From a virus (Duplodnaviria; Caudoviricetes), in IMG/VR virus record IMGVR_UViG_3300033066_002088, positions 7,605 through 71,604 of that record: a stretch of 64,000 bases of DNA; one strand, 5' to 3'. Shown one piece after another: positions 1 through 9,014 of this stretch (its first letter is position 1; each line of letters opens with the position of its first letter). The position numbers and the translations under genes were made by a program. The notes beneath the pieces are model-generated. The model made no database searches, had not been told where the DNA came from, and saw nothing but the letters and a program-made list of their open reading frames with translations.

Positions 1-1
1 T

Positions 2-448
2 CGTTACGATGGAACGTCTACTGGGTTTTTCGACAACGATGTGTTTTTCCGTGGAGTAGTCGACCTCGGCATCCTTACAAAGAACAAAGATCTTTTTGTC
101 ATTGATCACAAATCCGGCAAAGCAAAAGACCCTAAGAAATACTATTGGAAGCAGCTCCATGCTTACTGCGTACTTGGTGCCGCCAACATCCCTGGAATTG
201 ACGGTGTAAGGCCGGGCATTCACTATCTTCAAGGCGATGAAGCACAAAGAATCCAGTGGCTGGACTACAAAAATATAAAGGACATCAGTGATAAGATGCT
301 TCCTTGGCTGCTTGAATATGTAGATGGATGTGCAGGAAACCTCGCGAGCTTTGAGGCGCGGCCAAGACAACCATGGCCGTGCTCTTGGTGCGGCTACAGG
401 GGTGGCTGTGAACCATTTCAGGAGATGACCCGTGCCCAAGAAGCGTGA
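2..448 (+). CDS. PD-(D/E)xK Cas4/RecB-like exonuclease, 5'-truncated by the window edge
   Basis: Frame is open from position 2. RGVVDL...VIDHKSGK nuclease motif, QLHAY, and C-terminal CSWCGYRGGC cysteine cluster typical of phage Cas4-like nucleases. Confidence 0.8.
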   Translation, partial: RYDGTSTGFFDNDVFFRGVVDLGILTKNKDLFVIDHKSGKAKDPKKYYWKQLHAYCVLGAANIPGIDGVRPGIHYLQGDEAQRIQWLDYKNIKDISDKMLPWLLEYVDGCAGNLASFEARPRQPWPCSWCGYRGGCEPFQEMTRAQEA

Positions 449-3400
449 TGCATCAGTAGCCATTAGCGCGGAGCGTCTGAAGAAGATCTGGTCAGAGGTT
501 TCCACCGAACAGTGGCTCAGGTTGATGTCGGACGCGCACCCTACGGCCGGTTTCCGCACTGAGGGCCCGCGAATCAAGGGCAAGTGCCCGTGGCATGCGG
601 ACAATAGTCCGTCGTTTGACGCAAACCCGAGCAAGGGAATTGCGAAGTGTCATGGCTGCGGCAAGACCTTTGTCAATCCGATAAAGTACGTAGCGACGCT
701 CTGTGGCATCAGTTATGCCGATGCCATGCTCAAACTCAAGAATGAGTTCGGGCTCAAAGGCCTGCTAACGGACGCTGTAGCGAAGAAATACCGTGAATTC
801 TACGCCCACAGGGATCAGGTCACTAAGCTTTCCAATGTCTTGCGGATGTTCCTCATTAAAGCGATGGGGCTTCAGATGCAGGGCCCAGAGATGCTGGCGG
901 AAGCCATGCCTTACGCGCCACAAGCCGTTGATTGGCTCCTGGCTCGCGGGCTAAAGCCGGCGTGGACAGAGTACCCGATCGGGTTGCTGCCGCCGCTGTT
1001 CTCACTGGAAGTAGCGTATGGCGACGATAAAGACGGGTATGACTTTGCCCGGAATTATCTGGCACGTGTTTATGAGATGGGGACCATTTGGATAGGCGCC
1101 ATTGCTCACTTCATGAACGACGAGCCCATGAACGTGGCCCGAATCAAGCTACGACGGCCAGAGCGCACGCGCGAGGGCTCAAAGCCCATCATCTGGGTCT
1201 CTGACCCGTACGAAAATGAAGTCAGCTTTCGCGGCTATTTTGGATTTGGCACCCCTACGTACTTGCCGTTCTTTGGAGACGACAAGCTAAAAGAAATTCA
1301 CGTCGTGGAGGGAGAGTACGACGCTCTTTCGATCATTGGAAATCAATGTGAATCTGGAAGTGTTGATTTTCTAGTCAATTCGCTAGGCGGCGGTGAAACG
1401 CAGGGCGCCGATGGGTATCTTCCCGTCGGAATTGAACGTGTCCGTATCATTCCGGATAGGGATGAAGGCGGCAAGAAGTTCGTTGAAAACACGATCAACC
1501 GGACAACGTCGGACAAGATCAGCTTTCTAGTATTTGAGTGGCCTAAGGACTATGACGCCAACGATTTCGGATCTGACGAACCTGTTAAAGATCCGGATGA
1601 GGCGATTAAGTGGGGCGGATACGAACGATTCCGTGACTTCGTTCTCGACCAGAGTAACTGGAAGCACGCTTGGGAGTGGTGCTATGACCGCGCCTCTGAA
1701 GAACTTGCTCGCATTTCTCCTGATGATATTCGGACTAGAACGCGAATTGCATCCGAATGGGGCCGCATCCTAAAGAACCAAAGCGAATGCAAGCGATTCG
1801 CCGACTCCATGGCGGCAGACTTCGGGCTCGACAGTGTCATTGTATTCAGGGAAGCCCTGGCGCAAAACGAGACGGAGGACGCGTACATCGAGCGTATCGG
1901 TACGATGATGGCCAGCCAGTTCCATTTCATCGGAAAGGAGCTGACTGACGGCCATCGATACGTTGTACATGTGCAGAGCAAAGCGACTGGTGAGCGCACG
2001 TCATACATTATGAATGAAGAGAAGTCCGCAGAATCCATGGTCGCTGGAATCTACGGAACGCTTCCAAACTATATCAAAGACCATATCGGAGACCCGGCGT
2101 TCATGGCGAACGAGGGGGATCCGAGCCTCATGTCTCACAAAGCACGAAATGACCGGTACCGGTATTACATCAACAGTGCGCTAAATGATCGAGCCAGGGG
2201 CCTAGTAAACCTAAAGGAATGTGAGAGGCGCGCACAGGGGTACCACGTCGTGTCTGACGACAAAGATGGGCCAAAGGCGTATCTAATCAACGGAAGAGAC
2301 GTGTTTAAGATGACCCATGACCGGGACGATGAAATGAAGGTGTCCTTGCTCGATGGGCCGAGTGACAGCAACCTTGTGTTCCTTACTGATCCGTCTGCCA
2401 AGTGGCTTCGGAGTGTGAGGCAGCCGGAAGACATTTCCAACGTAAAGGCGGATCTCCGTAACCTCTATAACCGCGTTGTGGACATGGTCAACGTTGGGTG
2501 GGCGTGGCGGCATCAAGCGGTAGACACGGAGTTTTTGGCTGCGTACATCATGTGCCTGCCCATCATGTCACTGTTTCCGCGGCAGACGTCTATCATGCTT
2601 ACGGCGGAGGCGTCGTCTGGTAAGTCTCGTTTCATCGCGGGGCTAGTTGGCGGGCACGCATTCCCGTCAATTAACATCGTAGCTGCCGCCTTGTCCATGG
2701 ATTCATACACTGCAGCGGGTGTACGCCAGATGATGGACTGGTCTAGCCGGCCTATTTGCCTTGACGAGTTTGAAGACAAGGGTTTCGGCGACAAGCGCTC
2801 TATGAGCGTGAGAGACATTCTCGAACTGTATCGAGGTGTCACCGGAATGGAGTGGATCAAGATCACCATTGGGTCCCCAGGAGGCCAGTACCGTACGTAT
2901 TGGATTCGTTCACCACTGATTGTTGCCGGCATCCGACCGCTACGCGACGAAGCTTCGCTGTCGCGTTTCATCATGTTTGAGATGATGCGAAACGTTTCAC
3001 GCCCTGACCCGATTGATCTTTTGATGGAGAAATTCGGTGACCAGGAGATTTCAAGGGTCCGCCACGAACTTGCGGTTGGGCTGTTTCAGCATGTCCCGGC
3101 TATCGGGCGTACTGTGCATCAGGTAGAAAAAGAATACGCGCTAGGGGTGGGGCTTCCGGCTAAGGTGCCATCTCGTTTTAAGGAGGCGCTGTACCCTGTG
3201 TTGTCCATCATGAAGTACATCGGACTTGACTATAAGCGATTCGCGTACGATTTCTGCGAGTCACGGCAATACCAGCTTAACCGCGTTTCATCTTCATCTG
3301 AGAATGAGCAGATTTTTGAGGCGGTGTTGAGTACTCCGTTCCAGGTCAAGGGCATTGACGCAAACAACGATCACATCACAATCCGCGGGCTCCTTGCTGA

Positions 3401-3812
3401 TGTTAGTAAGCTGGATGAAATCAATAAGTTGCGCTGCGGTGTCTACCTTGACGTAGCCAATCAGTGGCTGGTCGTACATTGGAATGAAGCTGTGCGAGGA
3501 ATCTTCGCTAATCAAGCGTCTTTCCGTGTGGGAGGTCACGCCCCTGGTTATTTCAAGCAGGTCTCAGAGCGCTCGCCCTACCACATTGCGTCTGACGTGG
3601 TGCAGGCTAATCGGGTTCTCGAGAAGTTGCGCTTCTGGATGGGCCCTGGCGTACGCAACGACCAATGCACGGTATTCAACGTACGTCACCTGATCGAGGA
3701 AGCTGCTCGTGCTTCGGAAGAAGATGATGGGAGTAAAAAGAAGGGGCCAAAGGAACTCGTAGACAGCGCGCCTATGAAGGCCATCGAAGGCGACGGGGAC
3801 ATGCAGGTTTAG
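432..3812 (+). CDS. Primase-helicase (CHC2 zinc finger + TOPRIM + C-terminal P-loop ATPase)
   Basis: KCPWHADNSPSF...KCHGCG zinc finger; VVEGEYDAL and IIPDRDEGG TOPRIM motifs; AEASSGKS Walker A and ICLDEFED Walker B. Confidence 0.85.
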   Translation: MPKKRDASVAISAERLKKIWSEVSTEQWLRLMSDAHPTAGFRTEGPRIKGKCPWHADNSPSFDANPSKGIAKCHGCGKTFVNPIKYVATLCGISYADAMLKLKNEFGLKGLLTDAVAKKYREFYAHRDQVTKLSNVLRMFLIKAMGLQMQGPEMLAEAMPYAPQAVDWLLARGLKPAWTEYPIGLLPPLFSLEVAYGDDKDGYDFARNYLARVYEMGTIWIGAIAHFMNDEPMNVARIKLRRPERTREGSKPIIWVSDPYENEVSFRGYFGFGTPTYLPFFGDDKLKEIHVVEGEYDALSIIGNQCESGSVDFLVNSLGGGETQGADGYLPVGIERVRIIPDRDEGGKKFVENTINRTTSDKISFLVFEWPKDYDANDFGSDEPVKDPDEAIKWGGYERFRDFVLDQSNWKHAWEWCYDRASEELARISPDDIRTRTRIASEWGRILKNQSECKRFADSMAADFGLDSVIVFREALAQNETEDAYIERIGTMMASQFHFIGKELTDGHRYVVHVQSKATGERTSYIMNEEKSAESMVAGIYGTLPNYIKDHIGDPAFMANEGDPSLMSHKARNDRYRYYINSALNDRARGLVNLKECERRAQGYHVVSDDKDGPKAYLINGRDVFKMTHDRDDEMKVSLLDGPSDSNLVFLTDPSAKWLRSVRQPEDISNVKADLRNLYNRVVDMVNVGWAWRHQAVDTEFLAAYIMCLPIMSLFPRQTSIMLTAEASSGKSRFIAGLVGGHAFPSINIVAAALSMDSYTAAGVRQMMDWSSRPICLDEFEDKGFGDKRSMSVRDILELYRGVTGMEWIKITIGSPGGQYRTYWIRSPLIVAGIRPLRDEASLSRFIMFEMMRNVSRPDPIDLLMEKFGDQEISRVRHELAVGLFQHVPAIGRTVHQVEKEYALGVGLPAKVPSRFKEALYPVLSIMKYIGLDYKRFAYDFCESRQYQLNRVSSSSENEQIFEAVLSTPFQVKGIDANNDHITIRGLLADVSKLDEINKLRCGVYLDVANQWLVVHWNEAVRGIFANQASFRVGGHAPGYFKQVSERSPYHIASDVVQANRVLEKLRFWMGPGVRNDQCTVFNVRHLIEEAARASEEDDGSKKKGPKELVDSAPMKAIEGDGDMQV

Positions 3813-3821
3813 GAGGCCCAA

Positions 3822-4004
3822 ATGAGTAGTACAGCACGAGTTCCGCCGTTTGATGGAGAATTCTATACCTTCGGATTTTCCAGGGAAGGTGGTCAGCTGC
3901 TTTCCGCGCTTTCGTGCGCTTTCTATGAGTTTGTTGCTCGTGAAGATGGAAGTGGGTCAATGCGCTTAGACAAGGAGTGCAATGCCACCAGTAAAGAAAA
4001 CTAA
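3822..4004 (+). CDS. Hypothetical protein (60 aa)
   Basis: AGGAGG SD upstream; fills the gap between primase and polymerase. Confidence 0.65.
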   Translation: MSSTARVPPFDGEFYTFGFSREGGQLLSALSCAFYEFVAREDGSGSMRLDKECNATSKEN

Positions 4005-7000
4005 ACTTCCGGTGATCTCATTCACCGAGGACCAGGTGCACCCCGATAACCAATCGCCGCGGGCGAAAGGGCCGGTTTGCGGCGGTTGCGCTCTGGAAAA
4101 AGAACCTAGGGTGTTTGGGACAGGCGCTGCCGCGCCTGTCGACATTATGCTGGTGTCCGAAGCCCCTTCTATGTTTTCCGCCAATAATCAGCGGCATTTC
4201 TCGGGGAAGGGCGGGCAAATTATTCGTAAGACGTGGCAGACGCTCGTAGAAGCAGACGCCGTGTCGAAAGATGGGTGGGGCTTTGGGCGCCTAAAGCGCT
4301 TTGAAACCTACGCCGTACAGTGCCAAGTAGGAGAGCAGGACACGATCGCTTCAAAGACGATCGACCGGTGCTCTGTGTATCTGCACAGTGCAATCAAAAA
4401 CAAGAAGCCAAAGATCATTTTGGCACTTGGCGCCACCGCACTTCGTGCGGTTGGCGTCAGGTTTAACAAGTTTGATGACGTCCGTGGGCGTGTAATGAAA
4501 GTCCCCCTCGCGGGGGATGATTATTGTCTGGTGCTTCCTACGTTCAGCACCAAGGCGATCCTTGCGCGTATGGGCCTTTTTAACCTCTTTCGAGCTGACA
4601 TGGTACGCGCAATGCGTATTGCCACCGGAAAGGATGAGGTATTCATAAACACGGATATCGCTACCGTTACGAAGAACTACAAGATTCCCAAGACGGTGGA
4701 AGAAGTCCGTGATGTCTGCCGTGAGATCGTTCAGTACGCCGATGCCGGCGGCGACCCACAAAACTGGACAATCGCAGTGGACACCGAGACCAACACCCTG
4801 CACCCCGAGAGAGAGCACGCGCGCGTCCTGTGCGTCTCATTCGCCTGGGGGGAGGGGAAGGCTACTGCGATCCCCCTTTGGCACAAGGACGCCAAATGGA
4901 AGGCGGAAGAGGTCTTACCTTACGTACGAGAGGTTCTCGAATCTTCTAAGCCCAAGGTCTTTCATAACGCGAAGTTCGATTTGAAGTTTTTGGAGCTGCG
5001 ACACGGCCTTCGAGTCAATAATTACGCGTGGTGCACACTCGCTGGAGAGCATCTACTTCGCGAAGATCAGCAAGGTGCGTATTCTCTTAAGGTACTTGCA
5101 CGTAGCTTTTTCCCGCAATTCTCTAATTATGCGGACCACATCCATGACGTTGCGTCAGCGCTTTCTGAGGCTGACGGGATGATCGAAGAAATCATTGATC
5201 ACCATACCGGCAAAGGAAAGAAGGGAAACCGTTACGGGAAACTTCCGCCGTTCGGAATGGAAGAGGTCCCTTCTAACGAAATGTCCGCGAAAGAACTGCG
5301 TGAGTATTACTTCGGCACGTCGGACGAGCGGAAAGCACGTCGAAAAGAAGACGTGAATTACGAGAAAGTTCCTATCGAAGATTTGCTCCTGTACGCGGCA
5401 ATCGATACGGATCTAACGCGACGGCTAATCAAGCACCAGTTTATGCGTATTCGACAAGAACGCTGCGACGCGGTGAAAACGCTTGGAAAGACCCATGCAG
5501 TGCCCGCTTCTAGAACCCTCGGAAAGATGGAATACGGGGGAATGCGGGTAGACGTACCTTATCTTGATACGCTAGAAAAAGACCTCGATGAGGTTATTGC
5601 GGCAAAAGATAAAGAGCTTCGTCAGTATTTCCACATGTTGCGGGATTCCAAGACGGGCCGAGATCTAATGCCGTCGGACTTCAACCCCAATTCTACACAA
5701 CACGTGGAACATATTTTGTACAGTTGGGGAGTGATTCAAGACTTCCAGGCGGCCGACGTTCTTAATCATTCTAACAGGAAGACGCGTTACATCAACGACA
5801 CTATCACCGGGACAACTAAGACCGGCCGCTGGAAGACGGACAAGAAGACCCTCAAGGCAATTGAAAAAGAATTCAATTGCAATTTCGCTACATCACTCCT
5901 GCATTATCGTGCGGCGCATAAAGCACGTAACGGCTTCCTGAAAGAAGTGCGTCGTCTATCGGCTTACGATGGAAGACTGCACACCAGTTTCCATCTTCAC
6001 GGTACTAAGACCGGACGCCTGTCATCTTCCGACTTGAATATGCAGAATATTCCGGCGGGTAAGCTGGCAGGACACAATATCAAAAAGCTATTCATTCCTG
6101 ATACAGATGACGAGCTGATTCTTAACTTGGATTATCGTGGGGCGGAGATCAGAATCTTCGCGGCTTATTCTCGCGACGAAAAACTGATTGAAGCGCTACT
6201 CCGGGGCCTTGACGCGCACTCCTTCTTCACCGAGAAGCTGTATGGCCATCCCTACGAAGAAGTTGAAGCGGCCAAAGACTACGACTTCAAGGGCGCGTAT
6301 GCCCGTGGCGTTCCCGCTGTCGTAATCAAGCGCATGGAAATGTTGAAGGCCGCACGTACAAACATCAAGCGTGTCGTATTTGGCGTTCTCTACGGTGCCC
6401 AGGCTAAAAAGATCGCGGAGACCGCGGGTAACATTACACCGGAAGAAGCACAGAAAGTCATCGACGACCTGTTCGCCATGTTTCCATCGATTCCAAGTTG
6501 GATCGAACAGACGAAAAATTTCATCTACCAGAACGGCTACGTAGAGACCTTTTTCAGTCGACGCAGGCGGTTCCCACTGCACCACGTAAATAAGTTCTTC
6601 AGGAGTCAAGGGGAGCGGCAGGGCGTCAATATGCTTATTCAGGCGACGTCAAATGACATCGTTCTTGGGCAGCTTGTCGAGCTGGATCAGCATATCCATG
6701 AAGTGGGTGGCCGGCTTTGCATCACGGTTCACGACTCGATTGTTGCGTCGATCCCTAAAAAGAATGTTCAACAACTTCCGGATTTCCTCAACTATTACTG
6801 CGTAAAGCGCGTATCGGAAAAATACCCGTGGCTTCCCGTTCCGTTTGCTTGTGATATTCAGGTCGGGCCTAGTTACGGAGAGACGGTGGACCTGGGGGAG
6901 TACTTGAAAACGCAGGCCGCAGAATCCAGACTCACCGAAGACGATACATTTGACCAGGAGGTGCTTGACGAACTCAGGGATGAAGATGCGGGGGAGGCCA

Positions 7001-7047
7001 CACATTTCGGAGGCGAACTAATTGAGATGCCAATGGGGGCAATTTGA
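3982..7047 (+). CDS. polA: Family A DNA polymerase with N-terminal family-4 UDG-like domain and 3'-5' exonuclease
   Basis: UDG-like CGGC...SEAPS...KPKIILALGATA; ExoI AVDTET, ExoII FHNAKFD, ExoIII YAAIDTD; TGRLSSSDLNMQNIP, motif A LDYRGAEIR, motif B RTNIKRVVFGVLYG (Phe at the 762-equivalent position), motif C TVHDSI. Confidence 0.95.
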   Translation: MPPVKKTKLPVISFTEDQVHPDNQSPRAKGPVCGGCALEKEPRVFGTGAAAPVDIMLVSEAPSMFSANNQRHFSGKGGQIIRKTWQTLVEADAVSKDGWGFGRLKRFETYAVQCQVGEQDTIASKTIDRCSVYLHSAIKNKKPKIILALGATALRAVGVRFNKFDDVRGRVMKVPLAGDDYCLVLPTFSTKAILARMGLFNLFRADMVRAMRIATGKDEVFINTDIATVTKNYKIPKTVEEVRDVCREIVQYADAGGDPQNWTIAVDTETNTLHPEREHARVLCVSFAWGEGKATAIPLWHKDAKWKAEEVLPYVREVLESSKPKVFHNAKFDLKFLELRHGLRVNNYAWCTLAGEHLLREDQQGAYSLKVLARSFFPQFSNYADHIHDVASALSEADGMIEEIIDHHTGKGKKGNRYGKLPPFGMEEVPSNEMSAKELREYYFGTSDERKARRKEDVNYEKVPIEDLLLYAAIDTDLTRRLIKHQFMRIRQERCDAVKTLGKTHAVPASRTLGKMEYGGMRVDVPYLDTLEKDLDEVIAAKDKELRQYFHMLRDSKTGRDLMPSDFNPNSTQHVEHILYSWGVIQDFQAADVLNHSNRKTRYINDTITGTTKTGRWKTDKKTLKAIEKEFNCNFATSLLHYRAAHKARNGFLKEVRRLSAYDGRLHTSFHLHGTKTGRLSSSDLNMQNIPAGKLAGHNIKKLFIPDTDDELILNLDYRGAEIRIFAAYSRDEKLIEALLRGLDAHSFFTEKLYGHPYEEVEAAKDYDFKGAYARGVPAVVIKRMEMLKAARTNIKRVVFGVLYGAQAKKIAETAGNITPEEAQKVIDDLFAMFPSIPSWIEQTKNFIYQNGYVETFFSRRRRFPLHHVNKFFRSQGERQGVNMLIQATSNDIVLGQLVELDQHIHEVGGRLCITVHDSIVASIPKKNVQQLPDFLNYYCVKRVSEKYPWLPVPFACDIQVGPSYGETVDLGEYLKTQAAESRLTEDDTFDQEVLDELRDEDAGEATHFGGELIEMPMGAI

Positions 7048-7367
7048 GGAGCCTTTCATACTACGATGAAGAAGCCATCATAAAGGGCTGGCTCTGGTCA
7101 AATCTACGGAATAAGCCAGGGGGTCGGCCCGCAGACTGGTACAGAATATACACAGAGGGCATGTATCGAGTTACTAAATGTCGCCTTTGTGGTGAAGCTA
7201 TCAGTCTCGCTGCTCCGTATTCAAAACACACGGCAAGGCAGACACTTAGGCGCTACGACCACCGGGCGGCGCATATCAAATCTATAGAAACATATACGTT
7301 TGGAGATATCGCGCCAGACGGAACAGACGTGACCAATTTCAACACTCGTCGAACACCCACTGTTTAG
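7044..7367 (+). CDS. Hypothetical protein with CxxC
   Basis: TTG start overlapping the polA stop; CRLC motif. Confidence 0.6.
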   Translation: MRSLSYYDEEAIIKGWLWSNLRNKPGGRPADWYRIYTEGMYRVTKCRLCGEAISLAAPYSKHTARQTLRRYDHRAAHIKSIETYTFGDIAPDGTDVTNFNTRRTPTV

Positions 7368-7373
7368 GAGGCT

Positions 7374-7760
7374 ATGATGAGCAAGAAGGCACATATTGTC
7401 GACGGTGAAGTTCAGTGGGACAGCGTCCTTCAACAGTCCAAGGTAGCGCTGTACCAGACACTTAAGGGGCCAATCATGGGCCTGCAGACCTCGGAAACAG
7501 AGAGGCATGTTTGCCTCTACGCGCCAGCAATGCTGGTGGCGCCGACGGCAGACAAGGTAGTCTTCATGCCGGTCATGTTTGTCGAGAACTTCATCCTGCT
7601 TTACAAAAATAGTTTGTTCGGGACTAATCCCGCGCCAGAAGTTGTCATCAAAGGCTACATGGATTATGTGAAGAGATTTGCAGAAGAGGCCTTTCAAATG
7701 AAGCCTCTGGAAATCGCCGCTGGCGTGGATGTTCCGACGGAAAGGAGCGATGAGAAGTAA
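7374..7760 (+). CDS. Hypothetical phage protein (possible Sm-like beta fold)
   Basis: AGGAGG SD; beta-rich pattern ending in a ...VIKGY helix. The fold is a guess. Confidence 0.6.
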   Translation: MMSKKAHIVDGEVQWDSVLQQSKVALYQTLKGPIMGLQTSETERHVCLYAPAMLVAPTADKVVFMPVMFVENFILLYKNSLFGTNPAPEVVIKGYMDYVKRFAEEAFQMKPLEIAAGVDVPTERSDEK

Positions 7761-7764
7761 TTTC

Positions 7765-7795
7765 TTGACAGCCCCCGGGGTGTTTATGGTAGAAG
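7765..7795 (+). promoter_or_regulatory. Putative promoter: TTGACA, 19-nt spacer, TG-G-TAGAAG
   Basis: TTGACA at 7765-7770 and ATGGTAGAAG at 7786-7795, a member of the recurrent TTGGTAnAAG family, upstream of the SD and ATG at 7816. Confidence 0.5.
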
Positions 7796-7815
7796 CAAAT
7801 GCAGGAGAACATCAT

Positions 7816-8685
7816 ATGCCTAGACCTGCGATCCCCGACCATAACCTATTCTTTTTCGACTGCGAAACAGGTGGACTAAAAGTCGGGGTCAATGAGATTT
7901 TAGAAGTGTCATGCATTGTTACAGATCCGTCGGCGCTTAGAGTACTGAAAAAGTACACGGCGAAAGTGCGGCCTGTCCATCCCGATAGGGTGGACCCAAA
8001 GGCGGCAGCGATCAATGGTTACACCCCTCAAGTTTGGGAGAAGGAAGCCATTCCGCTCGACGACGCAATGGTGAGCATGCTCTCGATGGCGAGGGACAGT
8101 ATCTTCGTTGCGCACAATGCCCCCTTTGATTGGGGGTTCTTTGAGCATGCGATGAGTGTACGGGGGCAGCGGTGGCCGGGTGACTACCACCGCGTCGACA
8201 CCTGTGCACTAGCGTGGCCGCTGCTGCGTGCTGGGAAGGTCCCTAGCGTCAAGCTGCAGACTCTCGTAGATTATTTTGGGATCGTAAATGAAGCGGCTCA
8301 CCGGGCAAGTGGTGATGTGGAAGCTTGTCGTCAGTTGTACGTCAAATTGATGGAAATGTTCATGCCAGCCGTCGACCCTTCCGCGGCTGTTGTGAAGTTT
8401 GACGCGGCTTCCACTTCCCCTGTAAAAACAACGGCGCCCTTTGACTGTCATAAAGAATGGCTGCCTTTGATCAAGCAGTTCAAGAACCCCGTTATTTGCC
8501 TGACGCGAGAAGATGAGTTCCGCCTTCTGGAATGGGCGTCACCGCTCATCATGGGAGGCACACTCTACGGCCAAGTTCTCCAAGAGGGCGTTCGCTGCAT
8601 GCCCAAGTTCCACGGAGCATGGATTCAGTGGGACGCAGAAAAATTCGAAGTGCGTGAGGCCACGAACCTAGGCGCAGGCATTTAA
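7816..8685 (+). CDS. DEDDh 3'-5' exonuclease (DnaQ/RNase T-like) with C-terminal extension
   Basis: FFDCETGG, VAHNAPFD, DTC, HRASGDV motifs. Start moved to ATG 7816, which follows an AGGAG SD. Confidence 0.9.
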   Translation: MPRPAIPDHNLFFFDCETGGLKVGVNEILEVSCIVTDPSALRVLKKYTAKVRPVHPDRVDPKAAAINGYTPQVWEKEAIPLDDAMVSMLSMARDSIFVAHNAPFDWGFFEHAMSVRGQRWPGDYHRVDTCALAWPLLRAGKVPSVKLQTLVDYFGIVNEAAHRASGDVEACRQLYVKLMEMFMPAVDPSAAVVKFDAASTSPVKTTAPFDCHKEWLPLIKQFKNPVICLTREDEFRLLEWASPLIMGGTLYGQVLQEGVRCMPKFHGAWIQWDAEKFEVREATNLGAGI

Positions 8686-8721
8686 GTTCCCGTGGGGTGG
8701 CTCGACGTGGATAGTCGAGAA

Positions 8722-8868
8722 ATGGGAATTCCTGAGGTGAAGCGCAACCCACTATATACTCAGGACGGCTCGCACCGCTGTAGACGGCCCGACACTAGGG
8801 ATAAATGGTGCGGTATGTGTGACGACTCGGAGAGACGAGTACTATGCGCGGCAGGCGCGGCCCATTAA
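8722..8868 (+). CDS. Possible 48-aa Cys-rich microprotein (below the ORF-track cutoff)
   Basis: MGIPEVKRNPLYTQDGSHRCRRPDTRDKWCGMCDDSERRVLCAAGAAH*; weak SD. The region also folds as RNA. Confidence 0.3.
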   Translation: MGIPEVKRNPLYTQDGSHRCRRPDTRDKWCGMCDDSERRVLCAAGAAH

Positions 8869-8883
8869 ACAGCGCAAGTTAGT

Positions 8884-8945
8884 CACGACGTGGCATGGTA
8901 GCCTTGCGGCTTTACCGCTCAGCTGGTGAAAGTCCAGTCGTCGTG
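8884..8945 (+). ncRNA. Miniature tRNA-like cloverleaf (non-canonical, no encoded CCA)
   Basis: 7-bp acceptor stem 8884-8890/8939-8945; 3-bp D arm with AUGGUA loop; 4-bp arm with CUUUA loop; 5-bp T arm 8922-8926/8934-8938 with 7-nt UGAAAGU loop directly abutting the acceptor strand. Confidence 0.55.
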
Positions 8946-8947
8946 CG

Positions 8948-9001
8948 GGGTGTGCGGCCCACCCTAAGCCCCTGGCGGGGCTTAAAGAAGGGGATTCCTT
9001 C
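8948..9001. terminator. Three tandem hairpins between convergent genes (probable termination/processing signal)
   Basis: GGGTG/CACCC (8948-8964), TAAGCCC/GGGCTTA (8965-8984), GAAGG/CCTTC (8987-9001); no long U tract. Confidence 0.5.
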
Positions 9002-9014
9002 AGGCCGCTATTCT

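Noticed and set aside
2-448. Cas4-like gene as evidence of a CRISPR-Cas system
   Set aside because: No cas1/cas2, no repeat-spacer array seen anywhere in the window; solo Cas4-like nucleases are common in phage replication modules.
8884-8945. Canonical tRNA or ochre suppressor implying stop-codon recoding
   Set aside because: No TpsiC, a 5-nt loop and no CCA. All long genes translate intact with code 11 and many clearly end at TAA, TAG or TGA.
8965-8995. IS200/IS605 end or omega-RNA
   Set aside because: The AAGCCCC...GGGGCTT hairpin is reminiscent, but there is no TnpA/TnpB/IscB gene or remnant nearby.
8686-9014. tmRNA, RNase P RNA, cobalamin riboswitch or group I/II intron
   Set aside because: GGTGAAAGTCC resembles motifs in these RNAs, but the other required elements are absent: no tmRNA termini or tag, no RNase P CR-V, no B12 box, no P7 or domain V.
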